A stretch of 45,308 nucleotides of DNA from a virus (Duplodnaviria > Caudoviricetes), in IMG/VR virus record IMGVR_UViG_3300037424_000558, positions 1-45,308 of that record, one strand, 5' to 3'. Position numbers and translations under genes: made by a program. Shown piece by piece: positions 26,045 to 36,574 of this stretch. Within the stretch, counting starts at the first letter, position 1, and every line of letters starts with the position of its first letter. The notes below the pieces were generated by a model. The model searched no databases. It was not told the origin of the DNA and worked only from the letters and a program-made list of their open reading frames with translations.

Positions 26045-27601
26045 TTATGCCAATATCGCCAAACTTGTATCAACCAGAATTTCGTTATTTAAAATTCCAC
26101 CCTCGCCAGACAAAATATATTTACTTTGTACGTCGAAGCCCAATGCCCCTGCTCGTATAGCGATTGCGCCAGCAATCTTTAATTGTGAAATTGTAAATGT
26201 CGCAGTAAAAATCCACGCCTTATTTTCAAACGCTTCGGCCAGAAAAACTTCGTCGTCTAAAACAGAGTTTGTATCACGCGCTTTTTTTCTTGATTCGACA
26301 TCTCCAACTTTTTGAACATCTGAGACAATCGAAATGCCTTGCCATTTTTCTTGTGCATAATTTACTTTTTTGGCGTTAAGCATATTTTGAATTATGCTGA
26401 TATTTCTTTTTGATCTGAAAGCGTTTGAATCAACGGGTACTGAAGCGGGTCTGTAATAACTTACAAAATTTTGTAAATATACTGCACCAGATTTAACGAC
26501 TGTTGGGGAAATGCCTTTTAATACGGCCGTATTCCGATTGTCATAATTGTCTGACCAGCGATCCGCTTTTAACCCTGGAATGATTCCTGGTAATAGTTTA
26601 TCGATAACAGATTCTTCCGCTCTATTCGCGCTTGTCTTTGCCATAACACCAATTGCCATCGCCGCGATTTCGTCGGGATGATTCGGGGAACCTGGCACAC
26701 TGACAACACCGTTTGTACGATCTGTCAAACGTGTATCTGTGATAACAATTTGAGCGGCAAGACCTGCGGAGCCTTCGACGGTATCTCCGTTATGGACATG
26801 GAGAGGTCGCGCAACTGTCTTTGAATAGTTACCAACAAAATCATTTCCGACACCGTTATACGTTGACAATGCGTCCAACGTTGTAGTGTCCTGACCGTAT
26901 CCAGTTACAACGTCTGTATAAAAGTCTTCGTTTTGTGAATCACCTTCTCCAAGATTAATAAGAGCTGTCGCTATACTCGGAATACCTGCCCCGGTTGCCA
27001 TAGCCGTAACTACTGCGGAAACACCGGATGGGAAAACCTCATTGACTCCCCAATTAAAAGAGATGTCAATTTTATTTCCCCATGTTCCTTTTGATTTTGC
27101 GTCAAGTTTTAACTCAAATGTTACCGCAACTTTTGAGGCAATTACAGGACAATCTTGAACTGCGTTAATTACAGCAACACACGCATCGGTCAACGCCTCT
27201 TCCGTTATTCCTGTTGTAACCGTTACCGGATAACGTTCACCTGCAATGTATAAATTTAGGGTACCAGCCAGCGGACTTGATACGGTAAAATTTACCTGAC
27301 CGGTTGCGGCAACCGCGCCGCCTGCTTCATCTTGCGGGGTAACATAAACGGGTGTTCCATCACCTCCTGCAAATGCTTGTTTAACAAGGCGTTGAACCAT
27401 ATAACCAAATCCAAATCTGTCCCCGGCATCTTCCGGGCTTAAAACTTGAACTGGTATATTATTAATTACAGATGTTTTTGCTGGATTGTAGGTTCCAAAA
27501 ATTAAAATTTTTCTTGGCAACACGCTTGCCGACGGTTTAAATTGTTCATTCTTTACCCCGACTGCGTTTACTGCCGCTATACTATTGCTGTTAAATGACA
27601 T
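26045..27601 (-). CDS. Contractile tail sheath protein (Mu gpL-like)
   Basis: FGFGYM, AVAATG, GTLNLYIAG, AKSKGTWGN, GISPT motifs. Confidence 0.9.
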   Translation of the reverse strand: MSFNSNSIAAVNAVGVKNEQFKPSASVLPRKILIFGTYNPAKTSVINNIPVQVLSPEDAGDRFGFGYMVQRLVKQAFAGGDGTPVYVTPQDEAGGAVAATGQVNFTVSSPLAGTLNLYIAGERYPVTVTTGITEEALTDACVAVINAVQDCPVIASKVAVTFELKLDAKSKGTWGNKIDISFNWGVNEVFPSGVSAVVTAMATGAGIPSIATALINLGEGDSQNEDFYTDVVTGYGQDTTTLDALSTYNGVGNDFVGNYSKTVARPLHVHNGDTVEGSAGLAAQIVITDTRLTDRTNGVVSVPGSPNHPDEIAAMAIGVMAKTSANRAEESVIDKLLPGIIPGLKADRWSDNYDNRNTAVLKGISPTVVKSGAVYLQNFVSYYRPASVPVDSNAFRSKRNISIIQNMLNAKKVNYAQEKWQGISIVSDVQKVGDVESRKKARDTNSVLDDEVFLAEAFENKAWIFTATFTISQLKIAGAIAIRAGALGFDVQSKYILSGEGGILNNEILVDTSLAILA

Positions 27602-27619
27602 TTTTACTCCTTAAAATTT

Positions 27620-28291
27620 CTATGGTGTCGTAACACCTGTTTTTGTATAAGTATCTATATTTTCGCCGTCTTTATTCGCAAATTGCCAGCCATCTTGTAT
27701 TCCTTCAGTCATCGCAACTACAGCCGCGCTGTTTACTTGTTCCGCAACTTTGTAGGTTAATTGCATCCTTGCCGTTAGTACGACATATTCACCTTGCTCA
27801 ACCGGTTGGTCTTTATCAATACGAGATATAAATCTTTCTGCAATTTTTACGCCCGTATCTACCGGATAACTTCCTACAACCTCATCAAGTGCGAGCTGGT
27901 TATATCTTGCATTCATCAAAATATTCCAAACTAGATCAATAAGTTCATCCATCGAATCGTCTGCGTTTTTTGCCGCATCGAGTGAAGCCGCCATTGCCGC
28001 CGCTCTTTGTGCTGTCGTTGACGCTGGATTATCGAGTACCGCTAAATTGGTTTTAGCAGGCGATGAGACAAATAAATCAATATTCAGCATCGGTTTATTT
28101 TGAACTGGCCCGGTTTCCCTACCTGAAAAATCCAAAGTGGTCGTATAAACAGAAACAAGTCTGGCGTTACCTGCTATTTCTTCAGCAGATAAAGCCTGTT
28201 TTTGCCATCCGACTACCCTGAAATTTGATCCCATGTTTGGAGTCAAAACCTTGTTTATGACAGAGTTTTTAACAGTCCGAAAATTCATCAT
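27620..28291 (-). CDS. Putative tail terminator/completion protein
   Basis: Position between head-tail genes and sheath. Confidence 0.6.
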   Translation of the reverse strand: MMNFRTVKNSVINKVLTPNMGSNFRVVGWQKQALSAEEIAGNARLVSVYTTTLDFSGRETGPVQNKPMLNIDLFVSSPAKTNLAVLDNPASTTAQRAAAMAASLDAAKNADDSMDELIDLVWNILMNARYNQLALDEVVGSYPVDTGVKIAERFISRIDKDQPVEQGEYVVLTARMQLTYKVAEQVNSAAVVAMTEGIQDGWQFANKDGENIDTYTKTGVTTP

Positions 28292-28683
28292 ACTTGAATC
28301 GCCTTCGATAATTCCAATACTATAAATCCGATTGATTTACCTTGTACTGGTGGTTTTTCAATTTTGTATCTATCCATTGTTGCGTTAATTGGCGAACGTG
28401 GAATTTTTACAAACCATTTCGAGTAATCTGTATCACTCGGAATCTGAGATAAAGAAGACCTGCGGATTGATACCACTGGTTTTCCGATTAGCATCACTCC
28501 GCCAGTCTCCGGGTTCTCTACGGTCGTGTCATATAGAACCTGACCCATCAAATCCGCTGTGGAATCGTTTGCTGATTTATCAATTATTGTTCCGTCCGGA
28601 GCTTCGAGAATGATTTTCATCCCGAATTCACCTTCGAGCGTATCCGCTAAATCAGATTCTATTTCATACCGTAAAGAACCCAT
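28288..28683 (-). CDS. Putative head-tail joining protein
   Basis: Size and synteny (gpFII-like position). Confidence 0.6.
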   Translation of the reverse strand: MGSLRYEIESDLADTLEGEFGMKIILEAPDGTIIDKSANDSTADLMGQVLYDTTVENPETGGVMLIGKPVVSIRRSSLSQIPSDTDYSKWFVKIPRSPINATMDRYKIEKPPVQGKSIGFIVLELSKAIQV

Positions 28684-28835
28684 TATTTTTCCGGTCTCGG
28701 TTGAACGGCTTGAGGTTTTTTATTTAATTTTTCAATTAGTTTTTTTGCCTCATTTTCGTGTCGAGCTGAAATTTCTTGTCCAGCCTGGTAACGTGTCCCG
28801 CCGATGTAAAATTCTTTGCCGTCAGGTACTTTCAT
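28683..28835 (-). CDS. Small protein, 50 aa (not in ORF track)
   Basis: MKVPDGKEFYIGGTRYQAGQEI...; TAATG-coupled at both ends. Confidence 0.6.
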   Translation of the reverse strand: MKVPDGKEFYIGGTRYQAGQEISARHENEAKKLIEKLNKKPQAVQPRPEK

Positions 28836-29350
28836 TATCCTTTACCTTTTTTAGATCCTTTACCTTTTTTAGGTTCTTCCGAGTCAGCTTCAACGGCAGT
28901 TTCGCCAAGTTCTTCAATTTGATTTACAAGTTTTTTACAATATTCTGAAATTGTTTCGATCTCAGAGGATAGTCTTTCAACTTCTTCTGAATGAGTTGAT
29001 TCAATCTCTGAAATTTTTAACTTATAACTTTCTTCAATTTCCTTGGCTTTTCCTGTTGCCTTAACCTCAACTGGTCTTGAAATAATTTCTTCAAGTTCCT
29101 TTATCCGTTTGCTTTTTTCGATAAGTTGGTTTTGCATAATATTCACATTTTTCGCAACTTTGCCAGCCAATGGATTATCAGAAATATCTCCGGTTTGCTG
29201 ATGTCGTTCGATGAATACGGGGGTTAATCCGTATTCACTTTTTTCCGACTTAACCAATTCAGGTGTAATTTCATCGCCATTTTTAATGGTTTTTGTTATA
29301 CTCTTTCCTGTGGTAATTAGTAGATTACCCTTACCTACCCAATACATCAT
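28835..29350 (-). CDS. Hypothetical protein downstream of capsid (gpFI-like position)
   Basis: Coiled-coil with Lys-rich tail; coupled to the capsid gene. Confidence 0.65.
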   Translation of the reverse strand: MMYWVGKGNLLITTGKSITKTIKNGDEITPELVKSEKSEYGLTPVFIERHQQTGDISDNPLAGKVAKNVNIMQNQLIEKSKRIKELEEIISRPVEVKATGKAKEIEESYKLKISEIESTHSEEVERLSSEIETISEYCKKLVNQIEELGETAVEADSEEPKKGKGSKKGKG

Positions 29351-30549
29351 GTGATTAACCCCTGCAATATAACAACTGCATCGGTTTGAGTAGTTACAAA
29401 AAGCGGTGCCGCCTGAGTTCTGATAGTCAGGGTCTTGGCATTTGCTGACCCATATCCGTCAAAATTAAACATCTGAGGGACGATTAATCCACCAGGATTT
29501 TTAATATTCATCGGCATTTGACCCATGCTCGAAAATCCGAAATTTTCGATGAAAAATTGTTCTCTCTGGCCTGTCATTGGTAAAACCTCGCCTGGTCCGA
29601 ACAGTCTGTCGAAACGTGCCTGATGACTCGTGATAATCATTTTATCAACTGGCATGTATTTTGTGAATGTTCCACCGTCGGTGTCGTAACCGTCAGTATA
29701 TGTAAACAGCCATAATTCATAACCTTCAGGGGTTCTTAAAAATACGCGTGCGTTCAGACCGGCTTTTACATAACGCTCATATTCGGGAGGCACTGGAAAA
29801 TTATTTGATACTTTGATAAGCTCAAAGCCTTGATTGTTGGCAATCGCCTGAACGTCTGTATTTTCGATCAGTTCACGCATTGCAACGCCGCCGAGAATAC
29901 CGATTGTCGGATTCATTCTGGCCGTTGCGCGAAATTGGTCACATCCGGCGTCAATGTTCGCCATAATTGTTGCACCTGCCTGATTCCAACCAGTTCCAAC
30001 CGTGATGGCGTTACCAGCAGTCCTCTGAAAATCATAAATCAGGTCGTTATTAGTTGTTCCCAGAATTGCAGACTGTTTACCGGTCAAAAGAACTTCCCAC
30101 GCTAGACGTTCAAAAAGACGAATCATTCTACGGATGTGTTCCTTGTGATGTCTCAACGCATAATATTTTGCGCGTTGTTGACGGGTAAACGGTGAATCAG
30201 TACGCTCTCCAGGGATCCTGTCAAGCAACTGATCAGACGTTATGTCTCCTTCTTCTTCGGACAGAGGAAACGATCTTGCAAAACTTGAATATTTCGCTTC
30301 ATTTGTGTTTTTCTGACCAGAAATATTTCTATATCCTGCACCAGATCGATATACAAGGGCGGCGGTTTTCTCGTTACCCCTGACAATATCAATATCTGTT
30401 AATTTCGCATCTGGCGAAAAAACGGTCAAACTACCGTTTGCAGGATTTCCAAAAAACGATTGTCCGGCTGTACTCTCTCCGATGACATTTAATTCATCAA
30501 AGGTCTCGAGCATGATCCGGCTATATGTGTCTCTTGCTGTAAATTCCAT
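29347..30549 (-). CDS. Major capsid protein (lambda gpE family)
   Basis: 400 aa; DIDIVRG..KTAALV, E...W.VL.TGK, TQAAPL motifs. Confidence 0.88.
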   Translation of the reverse strand: MEFTARDTYSRIMLETFDELNVIGESTAGQSFFGNPANGSLTVFSPDAKLTDIDIVRGNEKTAALVYRSGAGYRNISGQKNTNEAKYSSFARSFPLSEEEGDITSDQLLDRIPGERTDSPFTRQQRAKYYALRHHKEHIRRMIRLFERLAWEVLLTGKQSAILGTTNNDLIYDFQRTAGNAITVGTGWNQAGATIMANIDAGCDQFRATARMNPTIGILGGVAMRELIENTDVQAIANNQGFELIKVSNNFPVPPEYERYVKAGLNARVFLRTPEGYELWLFTYTDGYDTDGGTFTKYMPVDKMIITSHQARFDRLFGPGEVLPMTGQREQFFIENFGFSSMGQMPMNIKNPGGLIVPQMFNFDGYGSANAKTLTIRTQAAPLFVTTQTDAVVILQGLIT

Positions 30550-30566
30550 TTAATTATATCTCCTTT

Positions 30567-31307
30567 TTATTCCTGATGACTGATGTCAATAGTGTCTTCT
30601 GACAATAAACCGAGTGCTGCCAATTCTTGTTCAACTGTTTTTCCCGACGGCATTACTGACGCTAAGGTTAAAGAGTTTTCCAAAATCAACTGGTTTTTAT
30701 CAAAATACGCATCGGCTACCAGCATTACTGAGCTTGTAACGTCACCCGCTACAAGTGTAGCGGCCAAAATATCGTCACCAAGATAAATGCCAGCGACAAC
30801 GGCTTCACCATTTACACCCACGCCTGTCAAGGGTATGTATTTTGCGACTGAAGTTATGGTAATCGCAAACTTATCGCCGACAATAAAGTCGGTTCCGGCG
30901 TCTGTTATCGTAAATTTAATCCCGCCTGCTTCAAAAATTGTAGCGACGCCCGCTCCGGCTGTCATTACAAGATTATTTGCAATCAAATTTCCGTAAGGAT
31001 CGACCAGTTTAAAAGTTCCGCCGTTTGCTACAGCCGCGATACATTCGAGGTTATACGCCCCGATTATCGCAGGTTTCCCGTCGGATAATTTTGCGACTGC
31101 CGTTACTGTTCCGTTTCCGGTGTTTCCGGCGTTGGCTGTTCCGGTTGTAGGTACTGCCGATGTCTGTTTTCCCATGACAGTTAATTTGTACAATACCGCT
31201 GTTCTGGCGGCGTCTTGTTTGATTGTTGCGTCCGATTTAACGGCTCCAGGATTCGCATAACGAATAAACGGGACTGTACTATTTAGTGCTTCTTGTTGTA
31301 CTGACAT
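30567..31307 (-). CDS. Head decoration protein (gpD-like with insertion)
   Basis: TVMGK, NAGNTGNGT, DFIVGDKFAI, G.AVVAGIY; between protease and capsid genes. Confidence 0.75.
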   Translation of the reverse strand: MSVQQEALNSTVPFIRYANPGAVKSDATIKQDAARTAVLYKLTVMGKQTSAVPTTGTANAGNTGNGTVTAVAKLSDGKPAIIGAYNLECIAAVANGGTFKLVDPYGNLIANNLVMTAGAGVATIFEAGGIKFTITDAGTDFIVGDKFAITITSVAKYIPLTGVGVNGEAVVAGIYLGDDILAATLVAGDVTSSVMLVADAYFDKNQLILENSLTLASVMPSGKTVEQELAALGLLSEDTIDISHQE

Positions 31308-31308
31308 T

Positions 31309-32721
31309 TTATACCACCATTCCTAGCATTGACTTCGCTTCTTTTACTGCGTTTGAAATGTCTTCAGGTTTTTCAACTTTCACGCCTGCGCTTGGTTGCT
31401 TGATTTGTGCGGCTGGGGTTTTTCCGGCTGCCTCGGTGTCAATTTCTGCATTTGCGTCTGCGGTTTGTTCCTTCAGCATGTCAAAAGCTGCAATCGCGCC
31501 TTTAAAGGCCGACATATCAACGTCACCTTTTAGGGCTTGCATTGCCATAGGCATTGCTTTTGCATAATCTTTATTGCCAAGATACGGTGTAACTGCGGCA
31601 ATCCTGTTTTCCACCACGGACACAGCGGCTTTTATTTTAGCATCAAATTCAGCCCTCGCTCCGGGATTTTCATTTAGAAATTGTTCTAAATTCATTCTTA
31701 AATCCTCCGATTTATTTTCTCCCGCTTTATTGGCGGGGCCTTGCTCATCCTTATGAGTACAATCATGGCATCCGGAAGCTCTCTCAAAAGAGGTTCCTTT
31801 TCTGGATTCGCAATGTTTTCTTGCATCTTCCGGTTTCCAAATGTCTTTTGGATATCGTATTGCCTGTAATTCTGATTTATTATCTTTAATTCCGTAAATA
31901 AAATCAATACTTTTGCCGTCGACTTTTCCGGCGTTATTTTGACGCCTGAAACTGGTAAACTTTATAGGGTCTACCAATCTGCAAGCGTGTTCGCCTGGGT
32001 ATGGGTTTTCTGGATTAAATTCTGTTGTATTTTCTATTAAAAAATTTATTTCTGTAAGTATGTTTTCAAAATTATTTACATAATCTGGTACATTTTTGCT
32101 GGCTGGTATTTCTAATAATGCTGCGGCTTGTTCAAAATCTTTTTTGTCCGCTTCCTTAAGCATCGTCATGCAATTTTGATAATCTGATTGCGCCTGTGAT
32201 TCAATGGAAACCCGATCAAGCGTCTTTTCTGATTTTATAATGCGATCCGCAAAACCATAATCGACAATTTCTTGACCAAAAAGAAATGTCTCTTTGTCCA
32301 TCATTTTCTGAATTTCTTTTTTATCTTTTTTTGTCTTTTTAACGTAAGCGTCAGAAAGCATGTTTGACATTCTTTCGAGGAGGTCGGCGGCTTTTCGCAT
32401 ATCGTTATGATCCCCGGCAACGCCTTGGCGTGCGTTATGAATCATAAAAACAGAATTATCTTCTACAATAATTTCATCAAACGCCATTGGGATATAGGAA
32501 GCCATTGAGGCGGCGAGGCCAACGATTCTGGCTGTTTTTTTGCCTGTGTAATTTCTGAATAAATTAAATATTTGGAGACCGGGGTAAATAAAACCACCGG
32601 GGGAAGAGAATCGGACTTCTATCGGCTCACCATCGGCGAGCTTTAATTTTGATTTGATGTCTTCAGGGATAACGTCAAAACCAATTATCCCATCAACATC
32701 GAGTTGATATATTTTCGCCAT
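31309..32721 (-). CDS. ClpP-type prohead protease/scaffold
   Basis: SSPGG, GLAASMAS, FMIHNA, MDKETFL...YGFAD motifs. Confidence 0.9.
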   Translation of the reverse strand: MAKIYQLDVDGIIGFDVIPEDIKSKLKLADGEPIEVRFSSPGGFIYPGLQIFNLFRNYTGKKTARIVGLAASMASYIPMAFDEIIVEDNSVFMIHNARQGVAGDHNDMRKAADLLERMSNMLSDAYVKKTKKDKKEIQKMMDKETFLFGQEIVDYGFADRIIKSEKTLDRVSIESQAQSDYQNCMTMLKEADKKDFEQAAALLEIPASKNVPDYVNNFENILTEINFLIENTTEFNPENPYPGEHACRLVDPIKFTSFRRQNNAGKVDGKSIDFIYGIKDNKSELQAIRYPKDIWKPEDARKHCESRKGTSFERASGCHDCTHKDEQGPANKAGENKSEDLRMNLEQFLNENPGARAEFDAKIKAAVSVVENRIAAVTPYLGNKDYAKAMPMAMQALKGDVDMSAFKGAIAAFDMLKEQTADANAEIDTEAAGKTPAAQIKQPSAGVKVEKPEDISNAVKEAKSMLGMVV

Positions 32722-32817
32722 ACTTTTTCAGACGTTCTCGACAAGACCGGATAATTCCGATATTCCCGACAAAGCCTGATCTGTTCCTGTGTAATCTATA
32801 TTATGTCACTTGATTTG

Positions 32818-33108
32818 TCAAGTTTTTTTCAGTCTTTCTTCCATGCGTCTTTCGATATTATCGAACCTGTCTAACTGCGCCTGAAATCTGCCCATATTTT
32901 CAGCCCATTTTTCCGCATAAATTTGAACCCTATCATTTATTTTTTCGACATCTTTTTTGTCGGCCTTTTTATCCACGATCTCAAATAACCGATTAACTTT
33001 TCTATCATTTCGTCTCGTTAAAAATACGGTTACAATTAATGTCGGAATTGCAGGAATTAATATGCCGGAAATTATGATTAGCGTTATTTGTATGGCAAAT
33101 TCATTCAT
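32818..33108 (-). CDS. Membrane-anchored coiled-coil protein
   Basis: N-terminal TM plus charged helical tail. Confidence 0.6.
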   Translation of the reverse strand: MNEFAIQITLIIISGILIPAIPTLIVTVFLTRRNDRKVNRLFEIVDKKADKKDVEKINDRVQIYAEKWAENMGRFQAQLDRFDNIERRMEERLKKT

Positions 33109-33111
33109 AGT

Positions 33112-33297
33112 TTATTTCCCCGGTAAAACTATTCCATCTTTTTTAAACTCGGTATTTTTTGTCTTAACCGTAAACCCGGAAACTGCAATTCCGACAGCGA
33201 TTATCACCAACGCCAATTTCCACCAATGTTTTGTTAAAAATTTTGTCAGGATCGTTGCGATCTCATCCCATACCGAACTATTTTTTTCTGTACCCAT
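33112..33297 (-). CDS. Small single-TM protein
   Basis: AGGAG RBS; LALVIIAVGIAVSGF TM segment. Confidence 0.6.
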   Translation of the reverse strand: MGTEKNSSVWDEIATILTKFLTKHWWKLALVIIAVGIAVSGFTVKTKNTEFKKDGIVLPGK

Positions 33298-33319
33298 TAT
33301 TTTTCTCCTATTAATTTTA

Positions 33320-34651
33320 TTAAAATATTTCTGCCCATCTTAATACTGCCGATGCTTCGGCTATCGCCCCGCCATCACCGGCAACCGCTAAAAAATATCT
33401 GTCAGCGGCCAAATCGTCAAGATGGTCAAATGTTCCACGGTTTATTAATATTCGTGTTGATACGTCTCCGCCGCCGGACGTGTCGCCTTTTACGTCTGCC
33501 GTGGCCATTCCGAAATTATGAACATGTCCAGCGTTCGTTATCGGATTTAAGGCAACCGTTCCGGTTGCATAAGACATCATTGACGGCATATACTCTGTCT
33601 CGTCAGCGACTGGACTGTATGTCGGGTTTGTTCCGAAAACAGGGTCATGCAATAATGCCCAAAATGCCGGAACATTTCCTTTAATTAATAATTCAAAACT
33701 AACCATTCTGGCCTTTGCCCTGTTCGGTAATCCGTGGAAAGTTTGCCTTGGCATCAATCCTAGAAGCGGCGTAAAACTCAATAGGTTAGGAACTCCGTTT
33801 ACGACTGTCGCCTGAGCGACTGGACGATTTAAGATAAATGCAACTTGTGGAATTCCGAATTTATCTTGACCGCCCTCTGAGCGTGTCGTATAACAGATTT
33901 GTTTCATCGATCCGCCTGATGTTGACGATTCATTTTTTATTCGGTATCGAATTGGTAATGACCCGGTCTGCATAAATACACGGGTGTACTTTCCGGCGTT
34001 TAAAAACTCGTGGGCATCATAAATTATTCCGTCGTGCTTAAATGCTACGCGAGAACGGTCTCCACCAAGCCAAATAATATCCAAATGTAAAATATTAAAT
34101 TTTGAAAAATCAATATATTTCCCGGAAGGATTAAAACTTTTATCTTTAGTTAGCAACTGAAATCTGTCAATATTCCATTCTTCTTGTGGAATTGCTTGTT
34201 CTGTCGGAACGTCGCCGCCGGATGAACTTTTTAAAACTATCCAGTATTTGTCGTTATGTTGCCTAAACTCTAAACCGTCAACGCCGTTTGAATACCCCCG
34301 CTCTTTTAAAATTCCTGGTTCGTGGTTCCCAAAAACTCCGGTTACGGCGTTTTCCTGATTATTTAGAGGTTGATAATCGAACCATTCGTGTGTTTGTCGT
34401 ATTATTTCGTCCCCGACATTCGGGACTGACATCAAAACCGATGATTCAAGGGGCAAATGAGTACTGGAAGCCGTACCGACAATTTTTTCTTCCATGTCGT
34501 GACTGTGATTTGTATATTCAAATTTTTGACTGCCTTGAATTAACGGCATAGATACCCTTAATCGCCCTGATCCGTCGAGTTGTTGAGTATCCGCAAAACT
34601 TATATTATTTCTACCGGTTTGTTGATTTAACCGGTTCCATTCTTTACCCAC
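33320..34651 (-). CDS. Putative virion-associated beta-rich protein
   Basis: 443-aa ORF coupled to the portal gene; DGSGRLRVS, RQT..WFDYQP, WNID, WLG motifs. Confidence 0.6.
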   Translation of the reverse strand: MGKEWNRLNQQTGRNNISFADTQQLDGSGRLRVSMPLIQGSQKFEYTNHSHDMEEKIVGTASSTHLPLESSVLMSVPNVGDEIIRQTHEWFDYQPLNNQENAVTGVFGNHEPGILKERGYSNGVDGLEFRQHNDKYWIVLKSSSGGDVPTEQAIPQEEWNIDRFQLLTKDKSFNPSGKYIDFSKFNILHLDIIWLGGDRSRVAFKHDGIIYDAHEFLNAGKYTRVFMQTGSLPIRYRIKNESSTSGGSMKQICYTTRSEGGQDKFGIPQVAFILNRPVAQATVVNGVPNLLSFTPLLGLMPRQTFHGLPNRAKARMVSFELLIKGNVPAFWALLHDPVFGTNPTYSPVADETEYMPSMMSYATGTVALNPITNAGHVHNFGMATADVKGDTSGGGDVSTRILINRGTFDHLDDLAADRYFLAVAGDGGAIAEASAVLRWAEIF

Positions 34652-36254
34652 CTGGCGGAATTCCTTGTTTTTGATTCCAGGGCGCGGTCGGAGTTATTGC
34701 AAATAGTTTTTTATTTTTTGCAATATTAACTTTTGCGCTTGATCCGTTGTGGTTTTTCGCCCCGCGCTCTTGGTTCGTGTATCCAATATCAAGATAAACT
34801 TTTTCTGCGTTTGCGGTTCTCATCGGGTCGATATTCGGCATTGCTGCGCCAATCCAATTACAATTTAGCCAAGCGGCTTTCAATACCGGATTTGACCAGC
34901 CCGGAGCTTTAACGCGTCCGGCTCCGATTTCACCGGCCAACCACATTTCAAAAACAGGATTTAGAAAATCGGCGGCCATCTCATCGCGCCAGATTTGGGC
35001 AATGCGCCAGAATAATAATAACGCGCCACGGGATGCCGAATAAGACGCGCCGAATTTCATGGTCAAAACTTCGATAGGCATTGAAGAAGCGGCTGATAAA
35101 TGGGTTAAAAATGCGTCGACAAATGTTCCGAAGGTATCTGATGGGCTTGTATTCTGGAATGGTTTTAATTTCTGTCTACCTTCAAGACCGAAAACGGCCA
35201 TTGATCCTGGGACTCGGTTTTCTGCGTCTGGAATTTCTGTGTAATAGGGACTGATTTCAGATTGTGTTTCTATGGATTCGGCTCCGGTTCCGGTTGGGTT
35301 AATATAACCTGGCCCGGCTGGAATTCTTGACATACCGGCGATTGGATTTATTGCCGGATTATCGCTGTCAGATTCAACCGTCATGGTAATCATGGACTGA
35401 TTAATGGCTTTCATGATTTGAGAACTGGTAAAGTCTCCCAAATTCTGTAAATCCTGTAAAGCGTGACCAAGTTTTGAATAACCTCGACCCTGCCAGGCAT
35501 ACTCTGGATTAAATCCGTGTAACATCATTATTCTGCCAGATCGTTCTCCGATTCTTGGAATTGTTATTGATTCAATTCCTCCATCTTGTTTTTGTATACA
35601 AACTTTATAACCGATTTCGCGGCGTCGATCGTCTCTGATTATTCCGTCTGTGGAATTTGTGTTGGAATATGAAAATCCGTAAGTATTTGTAAATGCGTCT
35701 CCCCTGATCTGGTCGGGGTCAATGAACTGGATTTGAAGGGGGTTTGTTGTATCAGCTTCTTTTGTATAATTCAAGCGAGTGAAAATATCGTTATCCCTAT
35801 GCGCAAAAATCTGATAAAGACGTTGATTTTGATAAAAATTATTTGTGCGTGTAAAGTCAGAATTTTTTGAGCTTGCCCAAAGATGGAAACGACTGGCGAC
35901 ATCAGCAGACCACTTTTCTGCTTCTTCCGGTGTAATCCCTAAAATTAACTCATCCGGGGCAGGCTCCAATTTCATGCCGTTATCGGCCACAGTGTCAGCC
36001 ATGCGGTCGACCATCGCGCGGGCGGCGTTTGACTCATGATACGCTTTACGGGCGTTTTGTCTTGTTCGGTAATGATCTATTTCGAGACCTCGACCGTCTC
36101 CAGTTAGGCCGCCGCTCCATTTCGCGCCGCCTGATCTGTAGGAACTGCCTGAATATGTGCCTGATGAAAAAAGTGAGTAACTCGACTCCGGTTTCCCGTT
36201 CCAAATTCCGCTGACTACTGACGCCGTTTTCTGTGCAAAATCAAGTATTTTCAT
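34644..36254 (-). CDS. Portal protein (lambda family)
   Basis: LQIQFIDPD, Q.RG.S, ASYSASRGALL, IDPMR motifs. Confidence 0.92.
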   Translation of the reverse strand: MKILDFAQKTASVVSGIWNGKPESSYSLFSSGTYSGSSYRSGGAKWSGGLTGDGRGLEIDHYRTRQNARKAYHESNAARAMVDRMADTVADNGMKLEPAPDELILGITPEEAEKWSADVASRFHLWASSKNSDFTRTNNFYQNQRLYQIFAHRDNDIFTRLNYTKEADTTNPLQIQFIDPDQIRGDAFTNTYGFSYSNTNSTDGIIRDDRRREIGYKVCIQKQDGGIESITIPRIGERSGRIMMLHGFNPEYAWQGRGYSKLGHALQDLQNLGDFTSSQIMKAINQSMITMTVESDSDNPAINPIAGMSRIPAGPGYINPTGTGAESIETQSEISPYYTEIPDAENRVPGSMAVFGLEGRQKLKPFQNTSPSDTFGTFVDAFLTHLSAASSMPIEVLTMKFGASYSASRGALLLFWRIAQIWRDEMAADFLNPVFEMWLAGEIGAGRVKAPGWSNPVLKAAWLNCNWIGAAMPNIDPMRTANAEKVYLDIGYTNQERGAKNHNGSSAKVNIAKNKKLFAITPTAPWNQKQGIPPGG

Positions 36255-36532
36255 TCGCCATCCCTTCGCATTCTCAGGTTGACGTTTATTGATCCGTTCA
36301 ATTCCTGTATCAATCTTTTTCGCCTTATTCTTAAGTTGTTTATTTGTTTGAATAACGATTCAGGATCGCGGCGTTTTAACGATTGCCGCCCCTGCCCGGT
36401 ATCAACGGAATAAGATTCTGTTCCTGATGTCGATAAGCTGGCGGTATAAGCTGTATTTAAGGCCGATATCTGGGCGTCAAGTTCTGTGACCTCTTCGATA
36501 ATTCGCGCTCGTTCGCCTGAGTTAATTGCCAC
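36251..36532 (-). CDS. gpW-like head-tail adaptor
   Basis: ESYSVDTGQGRQSLKRRD; lies between terminase and portal. Confidence 0.75.
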   Translation of the reverse strand: MAINSGERARIIEEVTELDAQISALNTAYTASLSTSGTESYSVDTGQGRQSLKRRDPESLFKQINNLRIRRKRLIQELNGSINVNLRMRRDGE

Positions 36533-36547
36533 GGATGGGAATTTAAT

Positions 36548-36569
36548 AAATCACAGGCGGTTTGTCAAG
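36548..36569 (-). promoter_or_regulatory. Sigma70-like promoter for the gpW/portal operon
   Basis: Minus strand TTGACA-17 nt-TAAATT upstream of GTG 36532 (coordinates approximate). Confidence 0.5.
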
Positions 36570-36574
36570 TAATA

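Noticed and set aside
20526-36538. CCA-NGGA-TGG motifs at about 20526 and 36529
   Set aside because: They have only short stems and are antisense to the local transcripts; likely chance, unlike the array hairpins.
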